Notes: a model not told the origin generated them from the sequence alone. DNA of 64,000 bases from Mobula hypostoma (GCF_963921235.1 NC_086108.1:11408001-11472000), one strand, 5' to 3'. Positions 52,160-64,000 are shown, numbered from the stretch's first letter. Translations and numbers: made by a program.

Positions 52160-52770
52160 TCATGCTCAGGCCCCCTGCTCTACTCGCTTTACACTTATGA
52201 CTGTGTGGCTAAGCACCGCTCCAATGCCACAGTCACGTTCGCTGATGACACAAGGCTGTGCTGAATCAGCATACAGGAGAGAGACTGAAAATCTGTCTGA
52301 GCGGTGCCATAACAACAACCTCTCACTCAATGTCAGCAAGACCAAAGAGCTGATTATTGACTTCAGGAGCAGGAAACTAGATGTCAATGAGCCAGTCCCC
52401 ATTGGATGATCAGGGGTGGAGAGAGTCAGTAACTTTAAATTGATAATTTTGGAGGGCCTGTTCTGGGCCCAGCAAGTAAGGGCAATTACGAAGAAAGCAC
52501 AGCAGCACATTGACTTCCTTAGGAGTCTGCAAAGATTTGGCCTGACACCTAAAATTTTGACAAACTTCTATGGATGTGCAGTGGTTGATATATTGACTGG
52601 CTGCATCATAGCCTAGTATCAAAACACCAATGCCCCTGAATGGAAAATCCTCCAAAAATTAGTGGACATGGCCAAGTTCGTCAGGGGTAAAGCCCTCACC
52701 AACATGGATCACATCTACACAAAGCGTTGTCACAGGAAAGCATCATCCATCGTCAGAGACAGCCACCATC
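52160..52770 (+). mobile_element. Rex-Babar RT/C-terminal fragment
   Basis: NNLSLNVSKTKELIIDFR, KKAQQH. Confidence 0.85.
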
Positions 52771-53109
52771 ACACTCTTTATCTACATTTGCTTGCTTCAG
52801 GGACCTACAGCCTTGTACATCAGGGTCCCTCTGTTCCCCAATACTTTCACAAGGCCTTACCATTCATTGTCCTGATGAAGGATCTTGGCCCGAAAGCCTA
52901 ACTGTTTATTCCTCTCCATAGATGCTGCCTGACTGCCTGACTGCTGAGTTCCTCCAGCATGTTGTGTGTGTTGCTCTGGATTTGCAGCATCTGCATTCTT
53001 GGGGGAAAAATGTCAGATGGAATTTAATGCAGACAAGTTCAAGGGATTGCACTTTCATAGAACGAACCAGCTAAAAATTAAATGTAAAAACTCCCAAAAA
53101 TGAATCCCT

Positions 53110-54470
53110 CTTACTGGCACACTGTCCATATTCCTCCATCTGTCTCACATCCATGTGCCTATCTAAAAAGTCTCTAATATATTTGCCTCTACCAGCATAC
53201 CAGGCAGCACATTCCAGGCATCCACCACTCTCTGAGTAAAAAACTTACCCCTCACATCCCCCTTGAACCTACCCTCTCTTACCTTCCATGCATGTCCTCT
53301 GGTATTAGACATTTGAACCCTGTGAAACAGATCCTCTCTGTCTATATCTATGTCCCTTATAATCTAGTAAACCTTTATCAGATCTCCCCTCAGCCTCCGG
53401 TGCTCCAGAGAAAACAATTCAAGTTTATGCAGCCTCTCATGATAGCACATGCCCTCTAAACCAGGCAGCATCCTGGTAAACCTCTTCTGCACCCTCTCCA
53501 AAGACTCAACTTCCTTCCTATAGTGGGGCAACCAGAATTGGATGTAATACTCCAGGTGTGGCTAACCAGAGTTTTATAATATTGCAACATAACCTCATGA
53601 TTTTTGAATTCAATGCCTCGATTAATAAAAGCAAGCATTCCATAAGCCCACTTAAACAACTTATCAACTTGTGTGGCCGTTCTCAAGGAGCTATGAATTT
53701 GGATCCCAAGATCTCTCTGCTTAGAAACACTCTTAAGAATCTTGCCCTTGGCAGTGTACTGTCTCCTTTCATTTGCCCTACTGGAGTGCAGTATCTCACA
53801 TTTATTTGGGTTAAACTCCATCTGCCATTTCTTTGCCTGTATCTGCAAATGATCTATATTGTGCTGTATTCTGCCCAACGATGCTGAGGATGTTCTATGA
53901 GTCTGTGGTGGCCAGTGCTATCATGTATGCTGTTGTGTGCTGGGTCAGCAGGCTGAGGGTAGCAGACACCAACAGAATCAACAAACTCATTCGTAAGGCC
54001 AGTGATGTTGTGGGGATGGAACTGGACTCACTCACGATGGTGTCTGAAAAGAGGATGCTGTCCAAGTTGCATGCATTCTTGGACAATGTCTCCCATTCAC
54101 TACATAATGTATTGGTTGGGCACAGGAGTACATTCAACCAGAGACTCATTCCACCGAGATGCAACACAGAGCATCATAGGAAGTCATTCCTGCCTGTGGC
54201 CATCAAACTTTACAACTCCTCCCTTGGCGGGTCAGACACTCTAAGCCAATAGGCTGGTCCTGGACTTATTTCCTGGCATAATTTACATATTACTATTTAA
54301 CTATTTATGGTTTTATTACTATTTATTATTTATGGTGCAACTGTAACGAAAACCAATTTCCCCCGGGATCAATAAAATATGACTATGACTATTCTTTGCC
54401 CGTCTTCTACACTACCTACAACTCCACCAATCATGGTATCATCGTGAACTTACTAACCAACCCATCTACA
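53110..54470 (-). mobile_element. CR1 3' part interrupted by a Rex fragment
   Basis: KWQMEFNPNKCEILH, AYGMLAFINRGIEFK. Confidence 0.85.
53872..54391 (+). mobile_element. Rex-Babar 3' fragment (distinct subfamily)
   Basis: RMFYESVVASAIMYAVVCW..KSFLPVAIKLYN; AATAAA plus (ATGACT)n tail. Confidence 0.88.
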
Positions 54471-55353
54471 GTGGAGTTTGGCTGAATGTGACATCACCCC
54501 CTCTCCCTTCCCAGCGAGCCATTTGTGGAAGGGGATATTTTAAATCTCATCCATTAAGAAAGTTGTTCTGAAAGGCCTGCTAGAAAGGGCACTTATCATA
54601 TGATCAAGTTTTACAGGAACTTATAAAGGATGTTGTCAAATTTGAAACCAGGGATTTCAATCAAAAGGAACAGTGAAGTATAGGGTCAGGTCAGCAGTGG
54701 GAGTGACAGTGGACGTGCAGTGACTGACTTGTTAAGAAAATATACAGGGCTTGCAGCATATATACATTCCTTCAAGAGCGAAACCTTGTCCAAGTGGAGA
54801 AATTAAAGGCAGTACTAAAATTAAACAGTAATTATAAAACTACTTACTGCCTGATAGGACACTCCCACTTAGGGCAACAATAATGGTCCTCAATCTCTGT
54901 CTATTCTTGGCCATACTGTCGCAGACAGATATAGAAGGATGCTTCTGTGGGTTGTTCACGCGGAACTGAACAATGAACCTGGAGGACTGGTGGACCCCTC
55001 TTAGTTTGGCCTCAAGCCTTTGACCTGCTTGGCATGGGTGACCCTACCAAGGGCCAAAGCCCTGACCCCAGCCAACAGAGCTCGCAGGCTCACTGAGGCA
55101 TCTGAGCCTCCAAACCCTATGACAAGGTTGTGGGTTAAAGTTCAATGTTCAAAGTATACACACTTTATACAACCTTGAGATTCATCTCCTGACAGGCAGC
55201 CTCAAAACCAAGAAACAGCATGCACGGTAGTATAGCGGTTAGCACAACGCTTTACAGTAGTGGTGACCCGGGTTTGGTCCCCACCACTGCCTGTAATGAG
55301 CTTGTACATTCTCTCCATGACTGTGTAGGCTCTCTCCAGGGTGCTTTGGTTTC

Positions 55354-56712
55354 ATAGAACATAGAATAGTACAGAACAGTACAGGCCCTTCGGCCCACAA
55401 TGTTGTGCTGACCCTCAAACCCTGCCTCTCATATAAGCTCCCACCTTAGATTCCTCCATATACCTGTCTAGTAGTCTCTTAAACTTCACTAGTGTATCTG
55501 CCTCCACCACTGACTCAGGCAGTGCATTCCACGCACCAACCACTCTCTGAGTAAAAAACCTTCCTTTAATATCCCCCTTGAACTTCCCACCCCCTTACCT
55601 TAAAGCCATGTCCTCTTGTATTGAGCAGTGGTGCCCTGGGGAAGAGGCGCTGGCTATCCACTTTATCTATTCCTCTTATTATCTTGTACACCTCTATCAT
55701 GTCTCCTCTCATCCTCCTTCTCTCCAAAGAGTAAAGCCCTAGCTCCTTTAATCTCTGATCATAATGCATACTTTCTAAACCAGGCAGCATCCTGGTATAT
55801 CTTCTGTGTACCCTTTCCAATGCTTCCACATCCTTCCTATAGTGAGGTGACCAGAACTGGACACAGTACTCCAAGTGTGGCCTAACCAGAGTTTTATAGA
55901 GCTGCATCATTACATCGCGACTCTTAAACTCTATCCCTCGACTTATGAAAGCTAACATCCCATAAGCTTTCTTAACTACCCTATCCACCTGTGAGGCAAC
56001 TTTCAGGAATCTGTGGACATGTACCCCGAGATCCCTCTGCTCCTCCACACTACCAAGTATCCTGCCATTTACTTTGTACTCTGCCTTGGAGTTTGTCCTT
56101 CCAAAGTATACCACCTCACACTTCTCCGGGTTGAACTCCATCTGCCACTTCTCAACCCACTTCTGCATCCTATCAATGTCTCTCTGCAATCTTTGACAAT
56201 CCTCTACACTATCCACAACACCACCAACCTTTGTGTCGTCTGCAAACTTGCCAACCCACCCTTCTACCCCCACATCCAGGTCGTTAATAAAAATCACAAA
56301 AAGTAGAGGTCCCAGAACCAATCCTTGTGGGACACCACTAGTCACAATCCTCCAATCTGAATGTACTCCCTCCACCACCACCCTCTGCCTTCTGCAGGCA
56401 AGCCAATTCTGAATCCATCTGGCCAAACTTCCCTGGATCCCATGCCTCCTAACTTTCTGAATAAGCCTACCGAGTGGAACCTTGTCAAATGCCTTACTAA
56501 AATCCATATAGATCACATCCGCTGCACTACCCTCATCTATATGCCTGGTCACCTCCTCAGAGAACTCTATCAGGCTTGTTAGACACGATCTTCCCTTCAC
56601 AAAGCCATGCTGACAGTCCCTGATCAGACCATGATTCTCTAAATGCCTATAGATCCTATCTCTAAGAATCTTTTCCAACAGCTTTCCCACCACAGATGTA
56701 AGGCTCACTGGT
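55354..56712 (-). mobile_element. Young 5'-truncated CR1 LINE with an uninterrupted RT/C-terminal frame (~380 aa), nested in a V-SINE
   Basis: QHGFVKGRSCLTSL, DFSKAFDKV, GVPQG, FADDTK, RPHLEYCVQFW; V-SINE halves at 55222-55353 and 56713-56850. Confidence 0.95.
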
Positions 56713-57282
56713 CCCACCACAGTCCAAAGACGTATTGGTTATTGTAAAATGTTTCACGAGCAGATAGGGTTAAGTAAGTGGGTTGCTGGGTGGCAAGGCT
56801 CATAGGGCTCAGAGGGCCTGGTCTGTGTGCTATCTCAATAAAAAAAAATCCAAAAGAACCCATTAAAAAAAGACCATCAAACACCCAATGTGCAGAGATA
56901 AAACAAAACTAATCATGCAAACAATAAATGCAAGCAAACAGTGTTCTGGAAACTGAAGTCCACACAGACCCTCAATTCAGCACAGAACAGAGCAGTGATC
57001 TGAACCGACCTGCCCTTCACACCTTGACCTTTTCAATCTGACCCGGTCCTCGTGGAGGAAAGAAAAATGTTTCAAGATATAACAGAAATAAAACCTGTGA
57101 GATTTTTCAATTCAGTAAAGGAGGGTCAAGAAATCAATACAGAAAGAAATATGTGAGAATAGACAAACGAGATTCTGCAGATGCTCGAAATCTTGAGCAA
57201 GACACACAAAATGCTGGAGGAACTCAGCAGGCCAGAAAGCACCTATGGAAGGAAGTAAATAGCCAATGTTTCAGCCCAAAAT

Positions 57283-57850
57283 GACTGGCTGTCTGTCGTA
57301 TCCGACAATGACGGTTAGGTTTATGCAGTTCTCTTGTGTCTGCTGAGTCCAGTTGTGAGCGATATAGACGTCCACAATAAGGGCATGAAAACTGTGCTGG
57401 ATCTGGAAGTGAAGCTGCTGCCGTTGCGTTCCTCCCTTCTCTGGCAGTGATTTGTACTGTTCTGCGTCTCTCCTCTGGGCTGTTGTGAGCGGTTCTAACC
57501 AAGGCTTGCTGGACCACCCCGGTCTTGTGCACTCTGCTTCAGCCCGAAGGCTCACCAGCCAGTCTGATCTTACGCACTCCTTTCCGGCTGTCATGGTGCG
57601 AGCCTAGTGAGTGCAGTGTTAGCTTCCACACAGTCTTTGACCCTCTTATACGGCAGCCTTGATTCTCCTTGCCCAGCGAAAGCTCACCATGTAGCAGCTG
57701 CTTTGGAATTCGGGAATCATTTGTGCATGCTCTGTCCCCCAAAGATGTAATTTTACAGTCATAGCCTCAACATTGATTGTCCCTGCCTTGATGAGGACTT
57801 CTGGGTCTGTGACTCAGTCCTGCCAACCAATCCCAAGGATCTGCGCATAT
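57283..57850 (-). mobile_element. RTE-clade LINE 3' fragment with C-terminal zinc finger
   Basis: RIPKQLLHGEL and FSCPYCGR; GCCCAAAAT on both sides; lies inside a Penelope-type fold-back element (57170-57925). Confidence 0.8.
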
Positions 57851-58121
57851 GCCCAAAATATTGACAGTTTATTCTCGTCCATAGATGTTGACTGACCTGT
57901 TGAGTTCTTCCAGCATTTTGTGTGTTTTGTAAAACATGAGCATGTCACGTGGGGCAGGTTGACTTACTTGCTGGTCAAAAACTGTTGTCACCATGTCAGT
58001 CTTTGATTGGCCCTTTTAAAGGATGCGGCTGCTCTTTTCCATTGGTTGGTCTGCGTGTCATGGCATTAGTATACGGTACTGGGTGCGTCAGAGGTATAGG
58101 AATAGCATGTGCAAGAGATTT

Positions 58122-58403
58122 TAAAACGTAACCACGAGGAATTCTGCAGATGCTGGAAATTCAAGCAACACACATCAAAGTTGCTGGTGAACGCAGCAGG
58201 CCAGGCAACATCTCTAGGAAGAGGTACAGTTGACGTTTTGGGCCGAGACCCTTCGTCAGGACCCAGTCGACTTTTCGGGCCGAGACCCTCCGTCAGGAAC
58301 GAAGGGTCCTGACGAAGGGTCTCGGCCCGAAAAATCGACTGTACCTCTTCCTAGAGATGCTGCCTGGCCTGCTGCATTCACCAGCAACTTTGATGTGTGT
58401 TGC
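58122..58403. mobile_element. Palindromic Penelope-derived non-autonomous element with three hammerhead-like motifs
   Basis: ~100-bp inverted arms at 58164-58263 and 58305-58404; TGTGCAAGAGATTT duplicated at 58108 and 58404. Confidence 0.8.
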
Positions 58404-58710
58404 TGTGCAAGAGATTTGTTCCCTTTCCCTTGTCTCCAGGGGCCTGGTTCGGCTGAAGTCACAACCAATGGTAAAGGATCATTGGGAAAGAGTGTTGCAG
58501 ACATAGGGTTTGTTTAGTGAAGTATTTGTTTGTCAAGCTATTTGTTTTTAGCTGGACATCTGGTTTAGTGTTTCACTGCGCATCAGGTGTTGGTATTTCT
58601 TTTTTTTTAATTGGTTTCTTTCGGGTTTCTTGCTTTATGGCTGCCTGTAAGCAGAATTTATACATTCTTTGATAATAAATGTACTTTGAATCTTTGAGAC
58701 TTAGAAATTA

Positions 58711-59480
58711 CACTGACAACAATTTTTTTTCAAAAGTGTTGCTTTCTCAGAATTTTTCTTTTTGTTTATGATAGATTGTTTGAAGCTAAATATGACTATA
58801 ATTTCAGACTACTTGTATCATGTCCAAATTTGGAGAAACAAGAAATTAACTTTTATTGAATATAACGTGTTTAATTGCATAATGATGCCAACACTTTGCA
58901 ATAGTTCAACTAAACTAAAAATGATTCTCGTTTGTAATCAGTGTCTGAGGCTTTTTGCTTAAGTGTCCAACAGTAATCAGCCAGCACTGATGGATTGCAG
59001 TTGTCCTGATACCATTTCTCCATGACTGCAATGTCACGGTGAAACTTTTCACCATGCTCTGTCTCTGACAGCGCCAAGATTTGCGTCGAAGAAGTCTAAA
59101 TGGGAATGCAGAAAATGAATCTTCAGTAACATGTTGCACTTCATGGTTTTGTATGCATGTTGTCAACCAGCAGTTGTCAAGAAATTTTCAACAAAATCCT
59201 TAAATGCCTTCCATGTGATTTTCTCCAGTCCCACTAGAAGTTCTTCCCGAATTGCCTGTCATTGATTGTTTGATTTGTGAACTAACAAAAAAAATGCCTT
59301 CCTTAATCTTGGCATCAGTTATTCTGACTTGAATTATAAATTGAAATAACAAATATAGCCAATTTAAAAAAAAGATGGCGTGTGATCAGGAAACATCATT
59401 GTCATTTTCAAGATCAGTAGCCCAGAATGCATAGGATACACCTAAAGATATTCCAGTAGCAAAATATTTTTTGCCCAATG
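58711..59480 (-). mobile_element. Internally deleted Chapaev3-like (CMC) DNA transposon
   Basis: Minus strand encodes a frameshifted LKIHFLHSHLDFF..NLGAV..HGEKFH.DI..ME..YQ....S.LADYCWTL; ends CACTG... and ...GCCCAATG (degenerate TIRs). Confidence 0.75.
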
Positions 59481-59849
59481 TGTCTTCTAAAGAGGAATAA
59501 GCAAATAGCTGAGGAATTAGGAAAATATTTGGTTTCAGAAGAAGACATGAGAAGATCCCAGAAATAGAAGAAGATTGAATCAGCTAGTTGTTGGGATTAT
59601 GCGCCTATCCCGTGAGGGGAACCCAAATGGGCTGGATTTTTGTTGTCATGGTGACAGAAGAGTTAAAGATTATGTCATCAAAAATATACAAAATTGTTAG
59701 AGGGGGAGATACCGTGAAAATGTTCTCCCTGGCCAAGGAGTCTAGACCTGGGGGTGTTATCTCAACTTAAAGGCTAAAGTATTTAAATGTGAAATGAGGA
59801 GTCATTTCCTCACATGGAGGTGGTGAATCTTTGGTAGATGTGAAGACAA

Positions 59850-60800
59850 GTAACACCCGCAAAATGCTGAAGGAACTCAGCAGGATAGGCAGCATCTGTG
59901 GAAAAAAAGTACAGTTGACATTTCGGGCTGAGACCTCTCAGCAGGACTGGAGAGAAAAAGCTGAGGAGTCGATTTAAAAGATTGGGGGAGGGGAGAGAGA
60001 AATGCAAGGTGATGGGTGAAACCAAGAGGGGGAGGGAGTAAAGAGCTGGGAAGTTGATTGGTGAAAGAGATACAGGGCTGGAGAAAGGGGAGTCTAATAG
60101 GAGAGAACAGAAGGCCACAGAAAAAAGAAAAGGAGGAAGGAGGGAGGCAAGGAGATAACCTAGAGAACGTGAAAAGGGATGGGGGGGGGGTGCGGAGAAG
60201 GCATTACCAGAAGTTTGAGAAATCAATGTTCATGCCATCTACAGAACATAAGACATTCATCCTCCAACCTGAGTGTGGCCTCATCACAACAGTAGAGGAG
60301 GCCATGGATGGACATATCGAAATGGGAATGAGAAGTGGAATTAAAATGGGTGGCCACTGGGAGAAGCCACTTTTTCTGGCGGATGGAGGGTAGGTGCTTG
60401 GCAAAGTGGTCTCCAAATCTACATTGTGTTTCACCGATATTCAGGAGGCCACACCGGGAGCACCGGACACAGTATATGACCCCTACAGGTGAAGTGTCGC
60501 CTTACCCAGAACGAATGTTTGGGGCCCTGAGTAGTAGGGAGGGAGGAGGTGTAGGGGCAGGTGTGGCACTTGTTCCGCTTATAAGGATTAGTGCCAGGAG
60601 GGAGACCAGTGGGGAGGGACGAATGGACAAGGAAGTCACATAGGGAGAGATCCCTGCGGAAAGCAGAAAGTGACTCCCTTACAGAAGGTTGACCAATCGA
60701 CTTCCCAGCTCTTTACTTTATCCCTCCTCCTCCTGTCTTTGCCTACCACCTTTTGGGTGTGTTGCTTGGATTTCCAGTAGCTGCAGATTTTCTCTTGTTT
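59850..60800 (-). mobile_element. Penelope-like element remnant (GIY-YIG endonuclease, Neptune-like) with terminal repeats
   Basis: Minus-strand frame from 60483 reads GVIYCVRCSRCGLLNIGETQCRFGDHFAKHL..PVATHFNSTSH; upstream KCHTCPY; a partial inverted terminal repeat at 60690-60800. Confidence 0.88.
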
Positions 60801-61184
60801 GAGACAAACAAATGGATGGATTTCTGGACATCAAAGGACTTCAGGGGTGGGGTATCTTCCAAAAAAACACTCAGTTTATTTAAAGTGATAGTTGACAGGT
60901 TCTTCATTAGTCAGGGCATGAAATGTTACAGGGAGCGGGAAGGTGAATTGGGCTGAGAGGGATAGTAAATCAGCCATGATGGAATTGTGGGGCAGAATGG
61001 ATGGGCTGAATGGCCTAATTCTACTCCTATGTCTCATGGTCTTATGCTCTGATGGTCCAAAATAGTGTTGAGATGGAAGATTAGCTGCATCTTGTTGAAC
61101 TGTGCAATAGGACTGAGAGGCTCCTTCTTCTCCCACAGCTTGCATTCCAGATCTCTGAAGGACTCTGCCTCTCACCTACATTGG

Positions 61185-61720
61185 AATCAGAATCAGGTTT
61201 AATATTACTGGCATATGGTGTGAATTTGTTGACTTTGTGACAGCAGTATGAAGCAATACATAATAATAAAAACTGTGAATTACAATAAGTATATATATAT
61301 ATAAATAGTTAAATTAGATGAGTAGTGAGGTAGTGTTCAAGAGTTCAATGTCCATTCAGAAATCGGATGGCAGAGGGGAAGAAGCTGTTCCTGAATCGTT
61401 GAGTGTGAGCCTTCAGGCTCCTGTACCTCCTTCCTGATGGGAGCAATGAGAACAAGGCTTGTCCTTTGCGACGGGGGTCCTTAACGATGAATGCTGCCTT
61501 TTCGAGGCATCACTCCTTGACGAAGTCCTGGATACTGGGGAGGCTAGTGCCCATGATGGAGCTGACTGAGTTCACAAGTTTCCCAATACCTGACAGTGAT
61601 GTAGCCTGTCAGAATGCTCTCTATGTTACATCTGTAGAAATTTGTGAGTGTCTTTGGTGACATATCAAATCACCTCAAAGTCCTAATGAAGTACAGCCAC
61701 TGCAATGCTTTCATTGTATC
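61185..61720 (-). mobile_element. Rex-Babar 3' fragment
   Basis: Reverse complement encodes LLPSGRRYRSLKAHTQRFRNSFFP; (GATTCT)n tail. Confidence 0.8.
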
Positions 61721-62594
61721 CACATCATACCTGAAGCCTCAGGCAGCAACAGCTGGGTTACTGACTCCAGGAAGAATGTGATTACACACGGACTAGCATT
61801 GGGTCAGCTTCCACCTAGGAACTTGACCATAAGGCCATAGGATATACTGGAGGGCCAGAATTTAGACATCCAGCCCATCAAGCCTGTCCCACCATTCTAC
61901 CGTGGCTGATGCATTTTCCCTCCCAACCCTACTCTCCTGCCTTTTCCCTGTGACCTTTGATGCCATGACTAATCAAGAACCTATCAACCTCTGCTTGCTT
62001 TAAATATCTTGGCTTCCACAGCCATCTGTGGCAATGAATTCCACAGACTCACCATCATCTGCTAAAGAAATTCGTCCTCGTCTCTGTTCAAAAGATTCAA
62101 GGTTCAAGATCCCGTAATGTCATTTCCAGCACACAAGTGTCAATGAGAATGAAGTAAACGTTACTCTGGATCTGATGTAGCACAAAAAATACAATGTGAT
62201 AAAAATACAATAATAATAAAAATAATAAATCCAAATATGCCCCCTATTCTGAGGCTGTGCCTCTGGGTCTAGACTCTTCCACTGTGTGAAACATTCTTTC
62301 CACGTCCACTTTATCTCATCATCATTATCATTCTGTGCCATGTCGTACAGCATGTGCGATCATGATCTATACATACCATTATTGTTCTTGGCACATTTTT
62401 CTACAGAAATAGATTGTCATTGCCTTCTTCTGGGCAGTGCCTTTACAAGACGGGTGACTCCAGTCATTATCAATACTCTTCAGAGATTGTCTGCCTTGTG
62501 TCAGTAGTTGCATAACCAGGTCGTGATATGCACCTGCTCCCATGGCTTTACGTGACCCTGATTGAGAGGAGAGGGATAAGCAGGTGTAATAGGT

Positions 62595-62872
62595 GCAACC
62601 CCAAACTGTTCCAGCTTCTAGCAGCCGGGAAACAGTACCACAGCATTAAAGCCAGGACCAACAGGCTCCGGGGCAACGTCTTCCACCAGGCCATCAGACT
62701 GATTAATTCATACCGGTACCATTGTATTTCTGTGCTATATTGACTGCCCTGTTGTACATACTATTTATTACAAATTACTATAAATTGCACATTGCACATT
62801 TAGATGCAGATGTAACATAAAGATTTTTACTCCACATGCATGTGAAGGATGTAAGAAATAAAATCAATTCAA
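62595..62872 (+). mobile_element. Rex-Babar 3' fragment nested in an RTE-related SINE
   Basis: KARTNRLRGNVFHQAIRLIN; same 3' UTR as 27600-27800. Confidence 0.8.
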
Positions 62873-63083
62873 ATATTCGAAAATTCACTTTGCCCAAGGG
62901 CGACCTACAGACTAGTAGAAGGAAGGAGTGTCTTACACCTCCTTTGATAGAGACCAATCTCCACCCGCCACCCAAAATATAAACACGTCCTTGTATCTTG
63001 AGGCTGTGCCCTTTCGTGCTATACCTCCCACCATCAGAAATATCCTCTCCACATTGACTGTATGTAACACTTCCAATATTCAA

Positions 63084-63254
63084 ACAACAGGAATTCTGCA
63101 GATGCTGGAAATTCAAGCAACATACATCAAAGTTGCTGGTGAACGCAGCAGGCCAAGCAGCATCTATAGGAAGAGGCGCAGTCGACGTTTCAGGCTGAGA
63201 CCCTTCATCAGGACTAACTGAAGGACTCACCAGCAACTTTGATGTATGTTGCTT
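63084..63254 (-). mobile_element. Short Penelope-derived element with a partial inverted repeat
   Basis: CTTCCAATATTCAA duplicated at 63070 and 63252; same subfamily as 58122-58403. Confidence 0.8.
63179..63216 (-). ncRNA. Putative minimal type I hammerhead ribozyme
   Basis: Minus strand UAGUC-CUGAUGA-AGGGUCUCAGCCU-GAAA-CG-UC-GACUG: intact core, stem I AGUC/GACU, stem II AGG/CCU. Confidence 0.7.
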
Positions 63255-63432
63255 CCAATATTCAATAGGTTTCAGTGAAATTTCCCCTCACTTTTCTGAT
63301 CCAGCGAGTACAGGCCCAGAGCCATCAAATGTTCCTCATGCCTTAACCCTTTCATTGCCAGGGTCATTCTTGTGACCCTCCTCTGGCCCTTCTCCAATGT
63401 CAGTACATCTTTTCTTAGATACAGGTCCAAAA

Positions 63433-63874
63433 CAAACATCACACAAACCAATCTTCCGTCCTTGGACTCACTTTACACCGCACGCTGTCAGAGCAGTGCT
63501 GCCAGGATAATCAAGGACACGACCCACCCAGCCAACACACTTTTCGTCCCTCTTCCCTCCGGGAGAAGGCTCAGGAGCTTGAAGACTGGTACGGCCAGAC
63601 TTGGGAACAGCTTTTTTCCAACTGTGGTAAGACTGCTGAACGGATCCTGACCCGGATCTGGACCGTACCCTCCAAATATCCTGACCTGCCTCTTAGCTTT
63701 TTGTACTACCTTACTTTCCATTTTCTATTTTCTATTTATGACTTATAATTTACATTTTTAATATTTGCAATCGATTTGTACTCCAGGGAGCAGGAAGTGC
63801 AGAATCAAATATCGCTGTGATGATTGTACGTTCTAGTATCAATTGTTTGGCGACAATAAAGTATAAAGTATAAA
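63433..63874 (+). mobile_element. Rex-Babar 3' fragment, same family as 35416-39062, nested in a minus-strand CR1 that runs to 64000
   Basis: HPANTLFVPLPSGRRLRSLK; (TAAAGTA)n tail. Confidence 0.9.
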
Positions 63875-64000
63875 GCATAAAACTACTCACAGTATTCAAA
63901 ATACGGTCTGACCAATGCCTTACAAAGTCTCAGTGTTACATCTTTCACTTTATATTCTAGTCTTCTCAAAATCAACGCTAACATTGTGTTTACCTTCCTC

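Noticed and set aside
55566..56720. 384-aa ORF as a functional gene
   Set aside because: It is a 5'-truncated CR1 ORF2 lacking endonuclease and promoter; the start codon comes from the junction with the flanking SINE

Overview
Eukaryotic, repeat-saturated genomic DNA, most likely from a cartilaginous fish such as a ray. This is inferred from the V-SINE/HE1-like SINEs and the CR1, Rex-Babar, RTE, L1 and Penelope mix. No intact host gene is recognisable. Main contents are two near-full-length Rex-Babar LINEs (one with a 77-bp target duplication), many CR1/Rex/RTE/L1 fragments, a complete but decayed CsRn1-clade Gypsy LTR element nested in a hAT-Charlie-like MITE, a solo LTR, an internally deleted Chapaev3-like DNA transposon, several non-autonomous bipartite retroelements, and a Penelope-like (GIY-YIG) remnant. 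The most notable signal is a dispersed family of short, fold-back, TSD-flanked Penelope-derived elements carrying minimal type I hammerhead ribozyme motifs; the best-preserved motif is at 63179-63216 and a triple-motif palindrome lies at 58122-58403. A second notable signal is a YxxxxLL motif (eIF4E-binding-like) at the N-terminus of both Rex-Babar ORFs. A few weak candidate host exons lie on the minus strand. Boundaries of decayed fragments are approximate, and family names come from recalled motifs, not database searches.
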